From the sequence record DRR378314_807: DNA of 64,000 nt; one strand, given 5' to 3'. The translations under genes were made by a program, and so were the position numbers. Below are positions 58,675 to 64,000 of the stretch, piece by piece (within the stretch, counting starts at the first letter, position 1; each line of letters starts with the position of its first letter). A model generated the notes under the pieces. It was not told the origin of the DNA and did no database searches. It was given only the letters and a program-made list of their open reading frames with translations.

Positions 58675-60903
58675 TTAGTTATCAGGTGACTCTATTATCA
58701 AAGGACTGAACAGGGCACTCATAAAAACCCCAATTAAAACAATAATTCCAAAAGCCGCAATGGCTGGCGTCGAGCTGAAGCTTAAGGCACCAAAAGCCAC
58801 CATGGTCGTGAAAGCTGACAAATAAATGGCTTGCAGCGCATGTTCGCGCTTCAACCGTCCGGCGCAAAAAACGCCGTAATCAATGCTGAGCACCAGTACG
58901 AACATCGCACCAATGCAATGAAACAAGTTCAGTGGTTGTATCAGCTGTGCCAACAGCAACGCCGTCGACACGGACAATGTCATCACACAGGTAACCTGCC
59001 ATGCAGCTTGAATCCGCCGTTTGTTGGCTTGCTGATTGCGCAAAAACATTGCCAGTATAGGCAACGACACAAGCAGCAAAGCGATAAGCCACAACTGCAT
59101 AGAATGTCGGTACTCGGCCAGTGCATCTGATGCATGCTCAATGGGGTTAAAATGTTCCAGTTTCCCGGGGCTCTCGGTGATATCACCATGGTTAAAGGGC
59201 TGCTTTAGCCGCACAACACTCATCCAGCCTTCTTCCGTCGGATATAAAAATTGATTCTGTAATGGGTGCTCTTGCTGATCACTGGCGAGTACCAGCTGTC
59301 CAAGGCCTAACCATTGCATATAAGTCTTCCCTTCCGGGCTTTTAAATAGTTCTTGCTGCTGTTGCAGCAGTTGCTGCTGCTCTGACGCTGGCAACATATA
59401 ATCGTACAAGCTAACACTGCCATCAATGTCACCAAGGTCACCTGTCCGTTCCAATGCTTGCTGCTGGGTTTCTCCCGACACTAACAATACATCTGGCTGA
59501 AAATAAAAGTCCGTAGTTTTTCGCAGGTGGTTTTCCTGTTGCAGTAACGACTCGGGTGAGCTGGCCAGCAAACGAACATTGTCATTGGCGGTAAAAGACC
59601 AAAGCAACAGACCCAGTGTTGCTAACGCCATAACACTCAACCATGCAGTAGTGCCTGACTGGCGCATCTGTCGGTAAAGCTGCGCCATGCTATGGCAAAA
59701 CCGCTGCCAGTCGGGTCGCGACGCCCCCGGCTGCGGCAACCAGGGTAACGTAACAACCACCAGAACAATGGCAGTGAATAAAGCCACTGCCATAAAAATA
59801 CCTAATTGCTGTAACAGCGGTAGTGGTAGCAACAGAAGCAAAATATAACCAAAAATGGTGGTTAGCCCGCTAAGCCACAAAGCCGGCTTTAGTGCAGACC
59901 AGGCCGCAGCACCATGACTGCGGGCGATAAAGCCATGAATAACATAGTCAATGCACAGTCCGATAAAGCTGGTGGCAAACACCAACATCAGCACATGCGG
60001 CCGGGAGCTTAATAACAAAGTGGCCAATAGCCCTGTCGCTGCCGACACACTTAGTAGTAGCAACGTATAAAACAATTGCTGACCAGAGCGGAATACCCAG
60101 AGTAATAAAGCTAACACCAGCAGAAGAGACAGCCCGCCAAACCAGGTCATTTCCTGCTTCGCCTGCTTTGCCGCCGCATCGGAATGGAATAGCAAGCCGC
60201 TTCGATAAACATTAATACCGGGTAGTTGCTCAGTTACTTTGGCAATAAAGTCATTTATAACCAGAACTGACTGCCCTGACTGAGTCACGCTTAACGCATC
60301 ACCCGCAATACGCAGCGGCACTAATACCTGATGAATAGACTCCGAAGTGCGGGTATACAGCCCATTATGACTCTTATATCCTGGCATTAAGTCCGGTAAT
60401 TGCTGTACAAAACGTTTTGTCAGCAATAGTGGGTCCTGCTTCAAAGGCACTAGAACAGGCGCTGGGCTTTGTAAGGCTTTTTGTGCTTCACTTATTAGTG
60501 TTCCGTAGTCGCCGCTCGCAAGCGCTTGCATGTCGTTCGGTGTTGCTAAACGACCGGCCTGATTCTGGTAAAATGACAACACCGCTTTCGGATTTGTCAT
60601 TTCCGCCAGTTTAATGGTCGGCTCAGCTTCAGTCAGTAATTTCAATTGTTTTTGCACAATAGGCAGTATTTCGCTGCCGGAATACTGCTGTGACTCAAAA
60701 CCCAACAGCAATTGCTGCGCATTAGGTTGCTGACTTGCTAAGTAACTGCGCTGTAATTCAGAGACTTCATTTGGCAGAGCATCGGCCAGACTGCTGCTCC
60801 ACTGAGTATTAGAGAGTTGCGCCGACAACGCCGCTACAACGCCAACAATGACAACAAATAACAGCAGTAATCGAGTCGCCAAAGCTGCGCGTACACCCTT
60901 CAT
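58675..60903 (-). CDS. MMPL-family exporter (ApeM-like)
   Basis: Two TM bundles, IGLCIDY, LSIDYGVF and FGALSFSSTPAI. Confidence 0.82.
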   Translation of the reverse strand: MKGVRAALATRLLLLFVVIVGVVAALSAQLSNTQWSSSLADALPNEVSELQRSYLASQQPNAQQLLLGFESQQYSGSEILPIVQKQLKLLTEAEPTIKLAEMTNPKAVLSFYQNQAGRLATPNDMQALASGDYGTLISEAQKALQSPAPVLVPLKQDPLLLTKRFVQQLPDLMPGYKSHNGLYTRTSESIHQVLVPLRIAGDALSVTQSGQSVLVINDFIAKVTEQLPGINVYRSGLLFHSDAAAKQAKQEMTWFGGLSLLLVLALLLWVFRSGQQLFYTLLLLSVSAATGLLATLLLSSRPHVLMLVFATSFIGLCIDYVIHGFIARSHGAAAWSALKPALWLSGLTTIFGYILLLLLPLPLLQQLGIFMAVALFTAIVLVVVTLPWLPQPGASRPDWQRFCHSMAQLYRQMRQSGTTAWLSVMALATLGLLLWSFTANDNVRLLASSPESLLQQENHLRKTTDFYFQPDVLLVSGETQQQALERTGDLGDIDGSVSLYDYMLPASEQQQLLQQQQELFKSPEGKTYMQWLGLGQLVLASDQQEHPLQNQFLYPTEEGWMSVVRLKQPFNHGDITESPGKLEHFNPIEHASDALAEYRHSMQLWLIALLLVSLPILAMFLRNQQANKRRIQAAWQVTCVMTLSVSTALLLAQLIQPLNLFHCIGAMFVLVLSIDYGVFCAGRLKREHALQAIYLSAFTTMVAFGALSFSSTPAIAAFGIIVLIGVFMSALFSPLIIESPDN

Positions 60904-60909
60904 GCCATC

Positions 60910-61440
60910 TTACCTTTTGCTCAGTTCTATACGGGTGGTGTTACCGTTTTGCTCAAACAGCTCCACAAGCTCAACACGGTCAGTACCGCAACTGTGTATT
61001 TTTTCAATCACACTGGCTAAAGCGTCAGCTTCCGGAACCATCACCACACAATTCTGCTCTAGCGAAAGCCTGAACTGCTGCTTCAATACGGCTTCATCCT
61101 GCTGCAGAATCGCCAGTAACAATTGCGCAATGGTGTCACTGCCACTTACCGAGTCTTCATTACCTTGCTCAAAAATACCCTGACGGTTAATGGTTAACTG
61201 TTGCTGCTGTGGGTGCTCTGTTATCCAGACTATTTCGTCTTTTCTAATATCCAACTGGCCTGCACTCACCAAAGGTCTCGGCAGACCCGATAACTGTTTT
61301 TTCTGACTGAACTCCAGCGAAAGCGGCAAAGGTTCTGATTGTTTTTCAAGTGCCGACAGCGCCTTTAACGTCATCTTATCTTCGGCAGCGATAACCGCTG
61401 AGACCATAAGCAACATCATTGCTACCAGTAAACGCATCAT
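60910..61440 (-). CDS. LolA-like carrier protein (ApeL-like)
   Basis: Signal peptide, FSQKKQLSGLPRPLVSAG, IVW...P and EQNGNTTRIE. Confidence 0.78.
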   Translation of the reverse strand: MMRLLVAMMLLMVSAVIAAEDKMTLKALSALEKQSEPLPLSLEFSQKKQLSGLPRPLVSAGQLDIRKDEIVWITEHPQQQQLTINRQGIFEQGNEDSVSGSDTIAQLLLAILQQDEAVLKQQFRLSLEQNCVVMVPEADALASVIEKIHSCGTDRVELVELFEQNGNTTRIELSKR

Positions 61441-61847
61441 GAGCGCTCAATTCCCAGCTTTTCAAACACAATGTCAGGAGATTCAAACAGCATTTCCCGC
61501 GTCTCTTTGCACACGGCTACCTGCACACTGGTAGCTTTGGTCAACAGTTCATTACTTTCAACACAGCGAATTTCATAATTCATTTTCAGTCGATGCTCCC
61601 ACTCCACCAAAGTGGCAGTCACCCGAATGTGCTGTCCGTATGTAGCCGACGCAACGTACTTTAAGCGCAAATCGACAATAGGCCATAAATGGCCATTGGC
61701 TTCCATATCGGGGTAATCATAATTGAAGGTACGCAGTAACTCACTACGCGCCATTTCAATGTACTTTATGTAATGCCCGTGCCAGACAACGTGCATCGCG
61801 TCGACATCGAAAAAGGGAACATCAATAATCAAACTGGCTTGCTTCAT
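61437..61847 (-). CDS. acyl-CoA/ACP thioesterase (4HBT family, ApeK-like)
   Basis: VPFFDVDAMHVVWHGHYIKYIEMAR; ATGA overlaps on both sides. Confidence 0.87.
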   Translation of the reverse strand: MKQASLIIDVPFFDVDAMHVVWHGHYIKYIEMARSELLRTFNYDYPDMEANGHLWPIVDLRLKYVASATYGQHIRVTATLVEWEHRLKMNYEIRCVESNELLTKATSVQVAVCKETREMLFESPDIVFEKLGIERS

Positions 61848-63391
61848 GCTGGCTCCTGATACAAGTTCCAAACTTTTAAGCGTAACTGCGTCAACCAGTA
61901 GCGCAGCTCAGGCTCCAACTGGCGGTCTTCCGTCAGTAGCTCAAACTGATCAGCCAGACTTCGAAGCATTTCTAAGACACCAGCCGATGGGTTCACCGGT
62001 TTGTCTGTAATACGTTTGCGCAACTCAACACCTTGGTAAGCTGCCAGCAAGGTTGCGATAACTACCTGTTCGGTCAATTCCAAAATTCGGATGCAGTCGC
62101 GAGCCGCAATAGTGCCCATGCTCACTTTGTCCTGATTATGGCACTCGGTTGAGCGGGAAAAAACACTGGCGGGCATGGTTAGTTTCAATGCCTCAGCGGT
62201 CCAGGCTGAGCAACCAATTTGCACCGCTTTAAAGCCGTGGTTAATAGACTTACGCTCACCTTCTGCCGCAGACAGGTTCGAGGGCAAGCCGTGGTTCATC
62301 TTTGTGTCCATTAACAACGCCATTTGCCGGTCGTGTAAATCTGCCAGGTTCGCTACAGCAGTTTTCATTGAGTCCATCACCATGGCAATGTGGCCACCAT
62401 AAAAATGACCGCCGTGCAGAACATGCTCTCCCAAACCATCAATAATTGGGTTGTCGTTAGCGCTGTTTAGCTCGTTTTCTATGGTTTCTTTAAACCACGG
62501 TAAACTGTCTTTAAGTACGCCGATAACATGAGGCGCGCAGCGAATGGAGTACCGGTCCTGCAGACGCGATGAATTCCTCGGATGCTCCACATGGTTCAGA
62601 TCTTGTTGGATCCAGCTGGCGACCTGTTGCTGCCCTTTATGAGGTTTCACGGCAAAAAGCAGGTCATCAAAATGGTTACTGTTGCCTTCTAAAGCAATGC
62701 TCGCCAAAGAAGTAATGCGGCTGGATAACCGGGTTAGATACTCCGCTCTGTCCCACGCCAGGCAAGCCAAAGCCGTCATCACGGCGGTACCGTTCATAAT
62801 AGCCAGACCTTCCTTTGGCCGCAGCTTGTGAACCGACATACCAATCTGCTCAAAGGCTTCTGCGCTGTTCATCACTTTATCGCGAAAACGCACATCACGC
62901 TCACCAATAAGCGCGCCGGCAATGTACGACAAAGGCGTAAGATCACCACTGGCACCAACACTGCCCTCTTTTGGAATAAGCGGCAGCATGTTTTCGTTCA
63001 ACATCACCACCAGGCGCTCCAACAGCTCCCAGCTGACACCGGAATAGCCTTGTGCCAACGAGCTTAAGCGGGTTGCCAGAATAGCGCGGGTTTCCTGTTC
63101 ATCAAAGGTGTCACCCAGGCCACAACCATGAAAACGCGTAAGATGAATGGGCAACTCGTTAACCAGGTTCTCCGGTACCGATACTGTGCAGCTGTCTCCG
63201 TACCCCGTTGTCACGCCATAAATCACGCCGTCCTGCTCTAACAGCTCATCCAGAAAACGAACCCCGGCATCGACTTTTTCAACAAACTCCGGCGCGTCGC
63301 TTAACGCGACCTGCGCTTTGCCATTGGCTATTTCTACCACGTCTTTAATGGTCAACGGGCGGCCACCAAAGGCTATAATTGATGTCGTCAT
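61844..63391 (-). CDS. MIO-dependent aromatic amino acid ammonia-lyase (HAL/PAL/TAL family)
   Basis: IYGVTTGYG, GSVGASGDL (MIO), KEGLAIMNGT, QDRYSIRC and HNQDKVSMG; ATG 63391 follows the upstream stop. Confidence 0.9.
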   Translation of the reverse strand: MTTSIIAFGGRPLTIKDVVEIANGKAQVALSDAPEFVEKVDAGVRFLDELLEQDGVIYGVTTGYGDSCTVSVPENLVNELPIHLTRFHGCGLGDTFDEQETRAILATRLSSLAQGYSGVSWELLERLVVMLNENMLPLIPKEGSVGASGDLTPLSYIAGALIGERDVRFRDKVMNSAEAFEQIGMSVHKLRPKEGLAIMNGTAVMTALACLAWDRAEYLTRLSSRITSLASIALEGNSNHFDDLLFAVKPHKGQQQVASWIQQDLNHVEHPRNSSRLQDRYSIRCAPHVIGVLKDSLPWFKETIENELNSANDNPIIDGLGEHVLHGGHFYGGHIAMVMDSMKTAVANLADLHDRQMALLMDTKMNHGLPSNLSAAEGERKSINHGFKAVQIGCSAWTAEALKLTMPASVFSRSTECHNQDKVSMGTIAARDCIRILELTEQVVIATLLAAYQGVELRKRITDKPVNPSAGVLEMLRSLADQFELLTEDRQLEPELRYWLTQLRLKVWNLYQEPA

Positions 63392-63392
63392 A

Positions 63393-64000
63393 CTACTGAC
63401 TGTCCTTCTTCCAGAAATCAAAAAAATTAAACCACTGATAAGGGTAGCGCATCGCCAGCTTCTCCAGCGTTTCACTATAAGCTTTCAGCACTGGCTGCAA
63501 AGCTTCCCGCCTGCTTTTCCGGGGGAGTTTGAGTTGGTCACACGCGTGGTTCAGATATAAATCGTAATGCCCGTCGTTGGGGTTCTTTAAGCAGAACAAA
63601 AAATACACCGGGCATTCTAACACACTGGCTAATATCCACGGTCCTAAGGCAAATGAGACTGGCTTACCTAAAAAGTCCTGCTCTATGGTTTGTCCGGGCT
63701 GAGTCACCGAAGTGCGATCACCGACAATAACCACAAACTCGCCTTGTTCAATGCGCTCTTTCAGCAGTATAGTCAGCCCCATATCAATGTCGGTCACCTG
63801 AATCAGGTCGATATCGACTTTCGGGTTTACGTCTTTCAATGCACGGTTAAACGACTGCGCATGCTGAGTGAACACCAGTACATTCATGCGCCGGGTATAC
63901 TTTTTTGAAGCCAGCGCTCGCGCAACTTCCAGATTACCCAGATGGCTACCAATAAGAATGCCGCCCTGAGGCTGCTTTTCTAAGTCGTCAAAGTGCGTGT
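63393..64000 (-). CDS. LpxL-type acyltransferase domain, probably the C-terminal part of an ApeJ-like protein; 5-prime truncated by window end
   Basis: The frame stays open to the window edge (GGILIGSHLGNLEVARAL), with GDR, FLGK and YPYQWFNFFDFW. Confidence 0.8.
   Translation of the reverse strand, partial: THFDDLEKQPQGGILIGSHLGNLEVARALASKKYTRRMNVLVFTQHAQSFNRALKDVNPKVDIDLIQVTDIDMGLTILLKERIEQGEFVVIVGDRTSVTQPGQTIEQDFLGKPVSFALGPWILASVLECPVYFLFCLKNPNDGHYDLYLNHACDQLKLPRKSRREALQPVLKAYSETLEKLAMRYPYQWFNFFDFWKKDSQ

Noticed and set aside
63392-63475. N-terminal extension of the ammonia-lyase ORF in the track (also extensions at 6993, 10355, 12480, 50597, 55713 and 61871)
   Set aside because: These extensions overlap upstream genes or promoters; downstream ATGs with RBS or stop-start coupling fit better.

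Overview
Gene-dense chromosomal window from a gammaproteobacterium. The acidic secreted proteins, NhaD and gene content suggest a marine or halophilic Alteromonadales member such as Idiomarinaceae; this is inference. I saw no rRNA, tRNA, CRISPR array, transposase or prophage. Left to right: (1) nhaD. (2) A low-oxygen/N-oxide island: nrdG-nrdD, qNor, a small CX3CX2C protein, NarQ/X, a divergent NarK, NarL/P, trhP-yfhL and fnr. Its regulatory sites are readable in the DNA (FNR, NrdR, NarL/P 7-2-7, NorR-type GT-N7-AC, IHF, sigma54), yet no nitrate or nitrite reductase and no norR lie in the window. (3) gcdH with a fused E1alpha/beta 2-oxoacid dehydrogenase and a FabD-like acyltransferase, with no adjacent E2/E3. 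(4) An FNR-boxed chemoreceptor with a C-terminal hemerythrin, then deoD. (5) An MMPL/LolA-like/OM-barrel/DUF2892/ArsR operon. (6) An OprC-type copper receptor with RegB/RegA-like two-component genes, ompW, yebC and a 2OG-Fe(II) oxygenase. (7) Two convergent S8 proteases. (8) A curli locus csgBAEFG with convergent csgD and a 495-aa hyperacidic curlin. (9) sufBCDSATE with an IscR type-1 box. (10) EAL-HDOD, SPFH and prolyl oligopeptidase genes. (11) The distal part of an aryl-polyene-type cluster with an ammonia-lyase and a flavin halogenase-like enzyme, cut by the window end. The best candidates for an undescribed system are the gcdH/E1-fusion/FabD-like operon, the ArsR-linked MMPL export operon and the NIT-like/hemerythrin chemoreceptor. 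All product calls come from motif recognition by eye; no database searches were run.
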